Positions 37,437 through 50,101 of a DNA stretch of 64,000 bases are shown here, piece after piece. The position numbers were made by a program, and so were the translations under genes. The notes beneath the pieces were generated by a model. It was given only the letters and a program-made list of their open reading frames with translations. It made no database searches and was not told the DNA's origin. The stretch lies in NCBI GenBank assembly GCA_013265495.1, contig MU058221.1:3722001-3786000 (forward strand). Reading direction: 5' to 3'. This DNA is from Vicugna vicugna. Lineage: Eukaryota. Every line of letters begins with the position of its first letter. The stretch's first letter is position 1.

Positions 37437-40400
37437 AAAATATTTTCAATTACAAACGCAAAATTTAAAATGCAGTGAAAATTATTTTAACATGTATGGA
37501 AGAAAACATTATTGAGATGATTTTTTAAGCCAAATTAAACTTTCACCCAATACTAGGGTAATAAGCATTAAATAAATCTAAATCAAATGATTCAAATGCA
37601 GAAAAATTATATCCTAAGAAAGGATAAGCTGCAAAAACTGGTGGAAAAATTTAAGGAGGTAAGAGAGTGGCTGAAGCAAAACAGTATAGTAGCTGTTATA
37701 AAACAACAGTGGTGGATGGGGAGACGGTTGTATGTTCTTCCCCGTGCATGATAAAATTATAATTATAAATATAATATATACATTTAAATAGAAGTATTGG
37801 GAAGGAAAATGATGAGATATGAGATAAACTGTTTTTAGAAATGAAGGGACATGACACTGGAGGAATTAGATGGCTAATGTCTTCCCGTGCTTCCAATTTA
37901 AATTATGTATACTGTTACTATGTAAACCAAAGACAATCAAAATTTTAGTAATACGTTAATTTTGACAAAGTAGGAAGTGAATAATGCCACCTGGCCCCTT
38001 TCACAGCTGTTTACAGTAACTGAAGGGGTGTAATCTTGTCCATCCACATTCTGCAACTCTTTTCCAGTAACAATGGTCCTGATTTTTCAGTACCTCCTAT
38101 AGTAATAACATATACCTTGAGTACTAGTTAATGGGAATAATTAATTATTAAAAATAAAAAAGCAAGATAAAGGCAATGCTAATAGTGCTAAAAAAACCCC
38201 CAAAACACTCATGTAACCCATATTAGAAGCACCGTCCTAAGCCTTTTATAAATAATACCTCATTTAATCCTTATAGCAAATACATTACCTTACCTCCATA
38301 TATGCCATAGAAAAACCTTTCTGTACTAAAATCACAAAGTATATTAATTATTATTAATTAATTCGAGAATTAATTATTATTAATTCGAGGATATTTAAGA
38401 CAATGGATACAAGATGTCTCAGGTAATAGTCCTAAAATGTAACAGCTTGAGTCTCACTACACTGGGTCAAAAAAGCATCTTTAAGCTTCAGTCAGATTTA
38501 AAACATTAACTCTGTAATCGAGGCAAATGAAGGCAGAGTGTTTTTGCCAGGAAAGATGAATGTGAGCTGCTGCGGGGTTTTTAGATTGCTCCATTCTTCT
38601 CAGTTATCATCAGCGCTGATGACAGTTGTTCATATTTTTCCACCAGGAAAGTACAAATTAAAATTAGATGTTGCTAAATATAGAAAGCTTGCCACCTCAT
38701 TTAATTTGACAATCCATTTGTAATGAAAGACCTAAAAAGCAAAATGCAAAATGTTAATTGGCATACAAATGAAACTGTGTAATATTATTACTGCAGATAT
38801 ATTTTAATTATACATGGATTGACGACAGGGCCATTGGACATTGTAATGAAGCTCAATGTTATTGAAATATAGTTCAAGTGATGAACTCCCCCAAGCTATA
38901 TTTCTCACCAATTCTAAAAATGCATTTCCAGTGAAAACCAAGTGATGAAACTGAATGCATAAAGAGCATGATTTTCCTTTGTATACAAGTGGGTCATTTT
39001 ATTTATACCCATAGTAAAAATGCTTGTTTCCTGCAACATTATTTGTCCTTTAGTTGGGGAAAATAATCATTTTTATAAATTCTTCATGTTTGTTTTCATT
39101 GAACCCTCTCTGAAGTATGACTTTAAGATTTTGCTCTTGCATTTTAAATTTAACCTTGTGATCAGTCCCTTATTTTTGGTTTGTTCTTAACATTCTCCTC
39201 TTCAGTGTCATCCTGACTGCTCACACTAAGAAGACAGTGAAGTATCAAAAATTTGGTTTAAGTTGATCAGGATTTAAATATATAAACCAGTTATATAGAA
39301 GTGGTCCCTAAAGTAAAAATAATGATAATAAAAGGTTCCATCTAAAAATCTCTTATTTCCACCACTGAAAAATAAACGGATGGGGTATAGAATAACTTAT
39401 CTCAGGTGTATTTGGGTCACACATTGTGGCCCATAGTAACCCAAACCCATTACATGAATTATTTTTTGCAATATTTATAATAGCCCTATAGGGTAGATAC
39501 TGTTGATGTCCCCATAAAATGGACGAAAATGATTGATGTTTAGATAAATGAAATACTTTGCCTAAAGTCACATCATGAGTAGGTGGAGAAGATCAACTTC
39601 AAACCCAAGTCTGTCTGATTTCCGAAACTCTAGCATTGGATAAAAATCAACCTATCAACAGTGGTACTGTTAGGAATTAAAAAAATCTCACTTTCAACGC
39701 ATGTTGACATGGCAGCCAAAATAAAACAATGATGTAACTGATAAAAAACTTGACAACGGCCAAAATAAAGACAAGTGTTAATGGTTACATAAAACAGGAG
39801 CTAATGCAGTAAGTTCCCAGAGAAGTTGCTGTGAACGAATCCCAACACTTTGTGTTTGGTGTGAAATCACAAAGCGAAAAAGGGGATGCAGAGTTCAGCC
39901 CTGTGCAGGAGCCAGTCGTGCTTTGCTGGACCCTTAGTCACCTTGAGTCTTTAACAGACACATTCTTCAAGACTGTAAGATACATAATGTAAAAATATAA
40001 GGAAAGAAATATCTTCTGTACTTTTCTCAAAAGATTCAGCCCAGGAAGGGTGAAATGAGTTGGTTTGCCAAGTATGTTTTGAGGTGTGAGGAAACACATG
40101 TACAAACACACACACAGCTATATTTCACGGCACTAATGAGCCCATTTTATCCCTGCATAATCTATCCGCCATCTTTCCAAAAGCTCTTCTTTTATGGCCT
40201 AATATGTGAACATATTTTACATAAAAGTTTCTCCTAGTCCGCAATCTGCTATTCAAAAGTAATCGTGGAAGGAGAGTGTTACAGAAATATTGTTCCAAGG
40301 TTTTATTTGTTTATTTGTTAATTGTTCTCTCCTTTAAGAAAGTGGATTCAAGAAAATGGCAATTATAAGAAGCGATAAAGGAGATTCTCCACCCTGAAGG

Positions 40401-41239
40401 CCACTCTGGCATACTGGGCCAAACTGTGATTATACAAATAGCACGTTTGGAGCCCCACGGACGTCCACGTCCAACGTTGCAGAGACCAGATGATGAATGT
40501 GAATGAGGAGTGTGTGTAATGGGATATCTAACTGAGGTATGATTTTATCAAAATGAACCAACTATCCAAAAGTCAATGGTGACATCTAGTTTCAGTTTTC
40601 ACATACAAAGAACTTGGAAGTTTTCGTTTCTGTCCTCACAGCAAGAAAGGTAAATTAAAAGTAAATACCTTTCATGGACCAATCGTTAAACTGAGTTTCC
40701 AAGGCAAGTTGCCATCCCAGTGTCTGGATAGCCAGATGAATTCTGAGAGTCACCGCCAAGATCTGCTTAGTTGGAACAGAAGCAGCTGCTGGCACCATCA
40801 ACTCGCAGACACACACAAACGTTTTTGATGAATTAGTGAAGAGTAAATCAAGACTAGATTAAGAGTGAGAAACTCGTGGGGACCACAGTCTCAGGGCAGC
40901 CTTCACAGTCTCGTGGGCTTTACCTCTGCGATCCCTTAATTGCCTACTGCTCACACATTCAAAGCCCAGGCACTTCACCTGGTTTTCAATATTTTTTTTT
41001 CCTTGAGAAATAGTTCTGTCCCTCTAGAGAGAATTGAACAAAATCAGACTCACAAGCAAAACGAAAACAAACAACAATTAAAAGAAAAGAAAAACCCCTG
41101 AACAACAAAGCAATTTTTCTGCAGCTCCACCAAAGTAATTTAATTATATTTGGTAAACACCTTAGGAAAAAAACTTGGCAAGCTGAGCTGAACCCGAAAT
41201 AAACTCCGTAGTGCCTCACTTGACTTGGTTAGCGTCCAG

Positions 41240-41253
41240 GTTCCCATGGAAAC
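41240..41253. promoter_or_regulatory. Near-palindromic RFX X-box-like motif GTTCCCATGGAAAC
   Basis: Close match to the GTTNCCATGGNAAC consensus in non-repeat sequence. Confidence 0.4.
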
Positions 41254-41663
41254 TGACTTATGTCACAGTTTAAATAAAATTAATCTAATGCTTCCAACAT
41301 AAACAGGGCTTGGTACTAAATAAGGCATGAATATGTTGTCATATGGACTTATTTTAAAAGATAGTTTTACGTTAGTTGGCAAAATGGTATTAGCACATAA
41401 TCACTCAAAAGAAAACATAAAATCACAAGTAAAAGGGATAAAACATCGAGATGGATTTTGAAAGAATTTTATTTAATTATCTTAAGGTAAAATGGATAGC
41501 AGAAATACAGGGTAATTTTAGTTTGTTGCTTAGCTACAATAATGATTTCCAATTCACCATTCTTTAGCCCCAGATTCCTTTTCGGACTGGTGGAGTATGC
41601 AGTTGGAGTACCTGTTCATTCTATACTCAATTACTCACAATTTTTTTTTTTTATAATTGGTAT

Positions 41664-42207
41664 TGTTACCGAGTCCAAACTCGTTCTGCTCGCCGCAGGA
41701 CCGGCAAATTAATCAGGAGACAGGCGCTGGGGCAAGGAATAATGACTTTATTCGTAAATCCAGCAGACTGAGGAGATAACAGACTGCTGTCCTGGAGAAC
41801 CATCTTCACCAAGTCAGAATTCAGGCTCCTTTTATACTAAAAAGAGGAAGGGGGGTGGTTGGTTGGTGCAAACTTCTTGGTGCAGGAATTCTCTGCTGTT
41901 AGAGTCCTTTGTTCTTGCAGCCGTCCATGAGGGTCAGATCGTGGTATCCCTGTAAACCTCCAACCCAACAAACGTTATTTTCTATTCTGCAACTTGTTAT
42001 CTTTATATGAGTGCCAAAGTGTTAATATTCTTAAAGGTCAGAGTTTTGAGAATAAACTCTCCTATATATCTCAGGCTACAGGCAACATTCTTTTTAAAAA
42101 AAGGTTCAGAGCGAGCAAGACTAAGCCTAGAAAACAAGGCACAGGGTAAAAGCCAAAAAAAAAACCCCAGATCTAACATGGAGGCAGATTTGTTCTTTTC
42201 TATTATA
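41664..42207 (-). mobile_element. ERV1 solo LTR
   Basis: TG start, GTAT TSD at 41660-41663 and 42208-42211, antisense AATAAA at ~41747. Confidence 0.85.
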
Positions 42208-43306
42208 GTATCGTAGAATTAAGAGGAAATTCGGGGCTTAGGAAGACTCCCCAAATTCATCGTCATCCATCCTTGTCTGATATTTTGCAATGTCTTAAAA
42301 AGTACTCTCTCATACAGTTTGCTCAACAACACAATAAGAAAGATACACTACATTTTCTTACATTTTATGAGAAATGACACTGAAACTCAAATAAATTAGT
42401 TGCCTACCTAAGTTCACAAAAGAAGAGAAGTTCGTGGTGCCTAAAATGGAAGGAAGTTACCCTGACTCCAGATCTCTTGTGCTTTCCAGTTCCTGGATTA
42501 ATCCTCCAAGCGGTTTAGAGGCACCACGAAAGTGCGGTACCAGGAATCACTTTGAGAAATACACAGTGTAATGATGTATGTGTAAAACACTAAGAAAGTA
42601 CGCCAACTAATCAATAGGGAAAAAATGAGGATTTTTAAAGCCAAATTACTATCTTCTAAATCTCATAAGAATGCAAAGAAATTTTATGTCTAGAAATGGT
42701 ATAAAGAATTGTTGACTTAGCATTTTTCAAATGTTTACCTAATGCAAATTAAATAGCTTATCTGCTGCCTTGTGTCTAATTTTTTTAATTTAACCTATTA
42801 AACTTGGCTCTTTTTGATTTCTAGTTGTTGAATATAAGCTTTGTGCCTGTGGTTTCTGTGACAATTACTCGGTAACTCACAGTACACATAATTTGCATTA
42901 ACCTTGTTGGTGACGTTGCACACAATTTCCTATATTTACCGGCCATTTGATATCCTCTTGTACAGTGGCATTTCAAATCTTTTATTTATTTTCTGTTGAC
43001 TTTTTTATTTTCAGAAGTTTTTTTGTTTCTTTTGTTTGTTTAGAACGTTCTGTTCCCAAGTCTTAACATCTCAGAGGATGACCTGTGTTGCCAGGATCTC
43101 CTCTGGGTTGGTAGCTTTCTTTTGTTTTCTTTCTCTAATTGGTTTTTGCTTTTCTCTCCTTTCCTTTATCTAACTGGATCTTTGATAAACAGAATCTCTT
43201 ACTTTTAACATACAACAATTTCTTTCTTTTTTATTATTTTTTTTAGTTAGTCCTTTTGTTTTTTGTTTAATGAATTCACACTTTGTCATAAGTCAACTGG
43301 CCATTT

Positions 43307-43428
43307 GCGGGGTGTGGGCGGAATTAGGTTTGTTTATCTGTTTCCTTTTAGAGGCAGTACTGGGCATTGAGCCCAGGATCCTGTGCGGGCTAAGCATGGG
43401 TTCTACCATCTGAGCTATACCCTCCTCC
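43307..43428 (-). mobile_element. tRNA-derived SINE (camelid Vic-1-like)
   Basis: Antisense A/B boxes (tgagctatac; ttgagcccagg); TSD caactggcc(c)attt at 43294 and 43429. Confidence 0.85.
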
Positions 43429-44275
43429 CAACTGGCCCATTTTAAAGCGTCTTTTTTTGGAAAGGTCTGTTTTATAATACTGTCTTTTTTTCCTATTCTG
43501 TGCCAGTACCCAGTACCACACTGTCTTCCTTAGTGAAGCCATAAAATATTACTTGTAAACCAACAGAATAAGTTGTAACATACAACATTCTGTTTTATAC
43601 GTGTGTGTTTATGTGTTTGTTGTTGGGGTTTTTTTTGTTCTTTTTTTCTATCAGAAAGCCAGATTTGTTTGCCAAGTACAACAATAACAACGCAAAACTG
43701 CTGGGACTTGGATCGAATCCCCTAGAAAAGGGAGAACATTGACATCTTCACAATAGTTTGTTTTTCAATTCATTAACATGAAGTTTTCTTTATTCCTCTT
43801 AATAGTGTTTCCCAATTTTCAATACGGAATTATTCTTAATTCCTCTTAATAGTACTTGATAATTTTCAATATGGAGAATTCTGCTCCTTTTATAAGATTT
43901 AGATTTATTTAGGTTTATTATTTTTAGATTTATCCTTTATTAGATTTACTGCTATATTTTTTAAATATTTTGATTCTAGTCGAAGTGCTCTCTTGAGAGA
44001 ATCACTTTTAAAAGCCACGCTATGATAGATTTTTAAAAATTTACATACATGAAGATGTCTTCTGCAAATAACGATTTCATATTTTCCTTAGAAATCTCCT
44101 AATGCTGTTTACTATTTTTTGCTTTATAGCACTGGGTAGGACCTGGAGTACAGTTTTTAATATGTGAGGGACCATCATGCTTTACTCCTAAGCCCAGAGG
44201 AAACACTTTCAAGATTTTATCATTAAGTACAAGGCTTGCCGAGGATCTTCTCTGTTGTCACCAGCGTGGACATCT

Positions 44276-44780
44276 TGTGGTGCACAGCCTCTGAAATGGC
44301 CCCCAGTGATTCTTGCCTTGTGGTATCCAGTCCGCTGTACAGTCTGCAGCCCTTGTGTGCCACTCATTTCTAAAGAACAGACCATCCCCAAGGGGATGTG
44401 TGGGATGTGACTTTTGATATTAAGTCACTAGCTGTTACCTTCTTGCTCTCAGAGACCTTTCTCTTCGGGAAGCAAGCTGCATGTTTGAGCAGTCCTGGGG
44501 GACGGCTCGTGTGGTTAGGGACTGAAGACGGGCGTTAGACAGCAAGGACCCGAGGCCGTGTAGGTGACCTTGGAAGCAGGTCCTCCCCTGGTCAAACCTG
44601 CAGCTGACGGAGACCCCGTGACTAATTTGACTACTGCCTTGTTAGGGACACTGGGTCAGAGGCATTCAGCTAAGCTGTGCCCAGAGTCATGGACGACAGA
44701 ACCTGTGAGATAATGTGTAGTTTGTTTTAAAGTCACCGGTTTTGGGGTAATTTGTAAAGCAAAAAGAGATCTCTAATACA
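44276..44780 (+). mobile_element. MaLR LTR (MLT1E/F-like) inside old L1 sequence
   Basis: tgtgg...atggcccccagtgattc...acctgtgagataat...ttttggggtaatttgt...ctaataCA. Confidence 0.8.
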
Positions 44781-46790
44781 CGTACTTCATCAGATTAACG
44801 GAGTTTGCTTTCTTTCCTAACTTACTGAATGCTTGAAAATAAAAATCGATCTTGAAATGAATTGGCAAATATGTTTCGCTGAATCAACTAAGATGTTAGT
44901 ATGTTTTAATTTTTATCCAATTACTATAATGTGACAGAATGATTAATTTTCAGTGTTCAACTAAACTTGGAATAATCATAATGAACTCAAATTAGTTAGA
45001 ACATAATATGCTTCTTATATATTTTATTATTCTATGTATTTAGTTAATTAATTAATGTATTATTTTTATTTTATTTTTAATATATTATTTTATATTTCTG
45101 CTTACTAATATTTTATTTAGGGTTTTTGCATCTGTATTTATATGATATTGGGCTAAAATTTTCCTTTTAAGTACAGCAATAAGCTAGTGTCATTAAATCA
45201 ATTAGGATTTCTGTTTCGTTGTTGTGTTAGAAAAAATTCATTATATTTTTGCCATTATTTCTTCTTATAAATATTTGGCTTCACCAGTGAAGCCATTAGA
45301 ACTTGAAGATTCCTTCTGCAGTTATGTTTTTAATTATAGATTCTGTTTTTTCCCTTTTTAAAATGTTTTCAGTTAGTTTCGTTAAGTTATTTTTTGGGTG
45401 TAAATTAGTATGCTTCTCCTAAATGTCAACGTATTTTGGCACAGAGGTGGTTTGTGCTTTTAATTGTCTCTTTAATGTTATCCGATCCATATGATAATGA
45501 ACTCTTTCCACAACTCATGTTTTCTCTGAGAATTTTTTCTTCATCATTTTTAACAGACTTTTATGAACTACATAATTATTTTTCAGCGTATGTTGACTCT
45601 GTGTTTTTATTCTGCTTTTTTTTTTTGGTTATTTTTATTCTTTACTCATTTCTTCTATCTTCTCTGGGTTGTCAGTGATCTTCCACTCACTACCAAACAA
45701 AAAAAATGCTTAATTTATTGACTCTCCACTTATTCTTTTACATTGAATCCATTTAAATCCAATTCCTTACAGGCATAAATTTAATAGCCCTCCACGAGTT
45801 TTAATTTAATCCATCTTCTAATTTCCTTAATGAGTGACTCTTACCTCTTGGTTATTTAGAAATACATTTTAAAATTTCCAAGAATTTTGAGTGTGTCTGC
45901 ATTTCTGTTGTTTTATCGATTTCTGGTTCAACTGCATTTATGTTGTTTCAGTGCTCCGAAATTTCTGAATCTTGCTCTGTACATTGGCATGTGCAAGTGG
46001 TTTTTAAATGTGTGAGGTGGGAATACAAATGATGCAGTCGTTAGTGCATAGTTGTTCTGTGCGCATCTCCTTAGCACACGTAAGGCAAGCTCGTCAGTCG
46101 TGTCGTTCCAATTTTTCATAGTTGTATGAATTCATGATCCATTTTTTCCTATCTGTTATGAAGACAACTAAAACCCATCACCGTGGTTAGTCAATTTATC
46201 CTTTAAGTTTTACCTATTATACCTTCTCAAGCTTTATTTTCAGGCATATTCTCCTTTAAAATTACATCTTACTTGTGAATTGGAGTCTTTATCACCATGA
46301 AGAGACTCTCTGTACCTTCAGCATTTTTTAATCTTAAAAATCAGTCTGTGCTCTAAAATGCAGATTCATCATCTTGGTTTGTGTTAGTATTTGAGTGAAA
46401 TATTTTTCCGTTCTTCTACATTCATTATTCCTCTACCCTGTATTATTGGTATAGCATATAAAGAACATATGAAAGCGTGTATTATCACTCTATATCCAGT
46501 TTTCAATTTGCTTCTTTTATTTGAAGCCTTTATTCTATTCGCATTTTTTAAAAAATTAATTCAGTCAAACCGCACACAGTGGGATAATTGGAGCCTAAAT
46601 AGCCGTCCATGTGAGGCTAGTGGTTGCCCTCCTTTATACCCAACTGATCAGGTGACGTTTGCTTCAGTCCCTCTAAACATTCTTTCACATTAAAAATGTT
46701 TGCCTGCCCGGAAGCTGTTACCTCCTATTGTTGGTTTGTTTTCGCAGCACGTTCAGATAAATAAGTATATTGGCAAATGTCTACTTTCCA

Positions 46791-47266
46791 TGAGGTGGGA
46801 AGCCCCATGAAAAGGACGGCAGGACCCCCGGGCAGGGCCACTACCCTCCTGCCAGCACCATTTGGTTTCCTGGCCCTGGGCCATTATCTCGCTTTTTAAA
46901 CTCTGAACCGGCTTACTTCCAGGAAAGTGGAACTTAACCCTAAGAATCTATTGGTTCCCTGAGCTAACTCCTGATTGGTCCATTTTCCTCACTCCTGATT
47001 GGTCCACTTCTACTAAGCTTGTTCCTAATTAGTCACCTTTGTTATACCGTATTTGCATATGATGTTACAAAATGTTGCAAAGGCTAGACTGGTAGCCTAT
47101 AAAAGGCTGTGTAAACCTACAGACGGGGTCCAGAGTTTGGAGTGTTAACTCCTCTGGACCCGCCAGCGTAATGAACCTGAGTTCTCCAACCCTCCGAGTG
47201 CTGCTTGGTCTCTCGCCCGGATCCAGGTTGCTGTCACACTGAGCTGTAACACACTTTGCTGCAACA
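46791..47266 (+). mobile_element. Young ERV solo LTR with intact promoter motifs
   Basis: TG...CA termini; TCCA TSD at 46787-46790 and 47267-47270; three ATTGG, ATTTGCAT and TATAAAA. Confidence 0.9.
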
Positions 47267-47879
47267 TCCAAAGTAAACAGGCGAAAGCTAGTGCTGTAGG
47301 TTAAATGTGTAAGCATCCCCTCCCCCATAAGTGGGATTAACGCTTTCATAAAAGAGGCCTTCGTGAATGGGACTGTTGGCAAAAGGAAGGAACGAAAAGT
47401 GCCCACTGACCTGAGAAGGTATCTTGAAAATGAAGAATGAGGCAGGCAGCTCCATACAGTCAACAGATCAGTGTGTTACAGGGTAACTTACACACAGCGT
47501 AGGGCTGGGTGGACGGAGATTCAGAAAGATGAGCAGCTGCACTGCTGTCCGCTGCTGAGAGGCCACTGGGAACATTTTATAGTTAACGTCGGGGATCGGG
47601 GCACATGCTGGGAGACAGGGGCTGCATTCCAAAGTCAAGAGTGTTGATGGGTAACTAGTCTCGTGGGTGCCTGGACTACATCAAGGAAGGCCTTTCCTCA
47701 TCACTAACTAAGAGAGCATGGAGCCCACCCGGGACTTGTGATCATTAAACAATATCTATTAACTACAAAGCCCTTGATGACAGAAGAGATGTAGTACACA
47801 GTGCAGTCCTCGGGAGGGGCAGAGGAAGGACAGGAGGAACTGAACAGGTCCAAGGTGCTGTTAGTTATGCTAATAACCG

Positions 47880-48101
47880 TACAGGGATGAATGCTTTCAT
47901 GCAAGAGGCCCTAGAGAGCCCCCAGCCCCTCCCACCGTGTGAAGAGAGAGAGAAGTCTGCAGTCTGCAACCTGGAAGAGAGTTTTCGCTAGATCCCAACA
48001 CGCTGGTGCCCTAATCTTGTGCCCCCAGCCTCCAGAACTGTTGTTTATGCAGTACCCAGTGTATGGAATTGTGTTCACAGCAGCCTGAACGCAATAAGAC
48101 A
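47880..48101 (+). mobile_element. MaLR LTR (MLT1A-like) 3' part
   Basis: cagcctccagaactgt...cagcagcctgaacgcaataagaCA. Confidence 0.75.
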
Positions 48102-49121
48102 ACTAATTCCATAACAAGGTGATTATGATCGGTTGCAGGCTAGCCTTTTCAATCTTGGCTGCAACAGGGATTTGTCTTCTGCGTGCATTTTGCATGCATC
48201 TGCAATTAACGTCACTAGCACTCAGCATATCCTTTGAAATATCTGCAGTCTGCTATCGGTGTTTTGACTTCCCAGCCAGGCTGCGGTAACTTTTGCAGAT
48301 AATGGACCATCAACGCTTCTACAGTAGGTAGTGGAAACCACTTTAATAGCAGAGTCCTGTGCTTATCTCTCCTCTGATTTGGAATATAAAACAAGATTAT
48401 ATTAATGTTATGCGAGTGGTAATGCCCCTGTAGAAGAAGGATTCAAAGTAAAACAGGGTAGTAAAAGGGGTTGTTTGCTGATTCTCCATCATCTTCAGCA
48501 TAAAAAATATATATAGAAATAGAATATATAGAAGTATTTTTAAATAAGCAAATGCTTCTTCTGTATATATATTTTTATGCTTAAGATGATGGAGAAATAA
48601 AAGAGAAAAATGAGCAAGATTGTGCTTAAGGCAAAAATCCAAAAACTTCTTACATTTGTGGATCAGACCAGCTGTTGAGTGCAATATGGGGACTCTCGGG
48701 AGAAAAGAAAAAAAGAAAAAAGTTATTCTCAAAATTAGGTAGAGTCTCTGTTGATCAACAAAAGAAAGTTTCTCCCAGGAGAATGCGTGTTCCCTAGCAT
48801 TTACTTGATCTGTTTGAATATTAGATATTCCTTATTCAGCTTGAATGGAACGCTAATGCACATTCTTTTCCTTCCTGATTGTGGCCCAGATAGCAGACTG
48901 GTTTATTAACTGCATGCTAACTGCTCTTTTACATTTCTTAGAATATACCAGAGGCTGGAAAGTTAAAGATTATCTTTCCCGAAGGATCTTATAGCCCAGG
49001 TTCTGCTTTTATGTGAATTATGCCAAGTAAATGCATCCATGAGGGACTGAAAAAGAAGGAGCGTGGCTGTGTTCGTGCCTCCGCTCTTCCTGCTGATCCC
49101 GTTGATCCCATTGTAAGGGCT

Positions 49122-49145
49122 TGTGTGTGTGTGTGTGTGTGTGTG
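49122..49145. repeat. (TG)n microsatellite
   Basis: Directly visible. Confidence 0.95.
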
Positions 49146-49668
49146 AGGGGGTATCTGTAGCAGGTATTCCAGTGCTCAGGACTTGTGCTTGTCAAAACTC
49201 AGGGCGCAGAGCAGCTGGGTTTGCTGGCGCTGGTGCTGGCTCAGAGCTGAGACAGGGCGGTCTTGGAGCAGGTGGGTTTGTATGACCTGGCTCTCTGGCC
49301 ACTGTCCTTCTTGACTGTGGCCAACATTGCTGCATCTCTAGGAAGACAGTTTGGAACATCACAGGAGTATTTCTGGAATCTTGGTCTATGTCTTACTCCT
49401 CCAACATCCAATGTTCCAAACATCTACTTCCACAAACGCTTCTTTTTCTGCACGAGCTAGATGGAGTGGCTTTGGTTATCTGACACCTAATGCATCCTTT
49501 TTTTACCCTTCTTTCGAAAGTTTTATTCTAAAAAATGGCTATATTCTCAAAAATTACTAATCTCCTAAAGGACAGTATTCATGTTGTCAAAAGTCTCTAG
49601 TGTTTCTTCTCTAACTTCAGTGAAAACACTCAGACCCTCCCAATAGCTTTTAAAATCTTTCATGATCT

Positions 49669-50101
49669 TGAGACAGGCTGGGACCTGGGACCCGGAACGC
49701 TGGGTTGCAACGCTTGCACCGGGACCCAGCAACAGAATACAAAGAAGTTATAACGGGCTAAAAATAACTCCGGGCATGCACAGTAGGGCTAGTCATGAAC
49801 AAGATACAAAAAGACCAAAAACCCAGGGGGGCAAAAGCAGGGTACTACGCATGATCTCTGCACACAGCACTACCAAGGAGGTGGGCCGACTGTCTAAGTC
49901 ACCCCAACCCCTGGACCCACCTCTACCCTCACCCCATTTAAGGGACCAGCTCACTCTGCCTCAGGGAACGAGCCAGGGAACCTGTCACTTGTTTTTGCTC
50001 CCTTATGCTGCAGCGTGAGTCCCGGTAAAGCCGTGCCTGAATCTCTCTTGCATCTCATCGTTTCTATTGATTAAGGAGACAAAGAACCCTGGTCAGTAAC
50101 A
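49669..50101 (+). mobile_element. ERV1 solo LTR
   Basis: TGagac...aagaaccctggtcagtaaCA; imperfect TSD atct/agct. Confidence 0.75.

Noticed and set aside
38341..38390. AT-rich palindrome/tandem duplication (attaattattattaattcgag x2)
   Set aside because: Best explained as a local slippage duplication; no spacer array or RNA signature.
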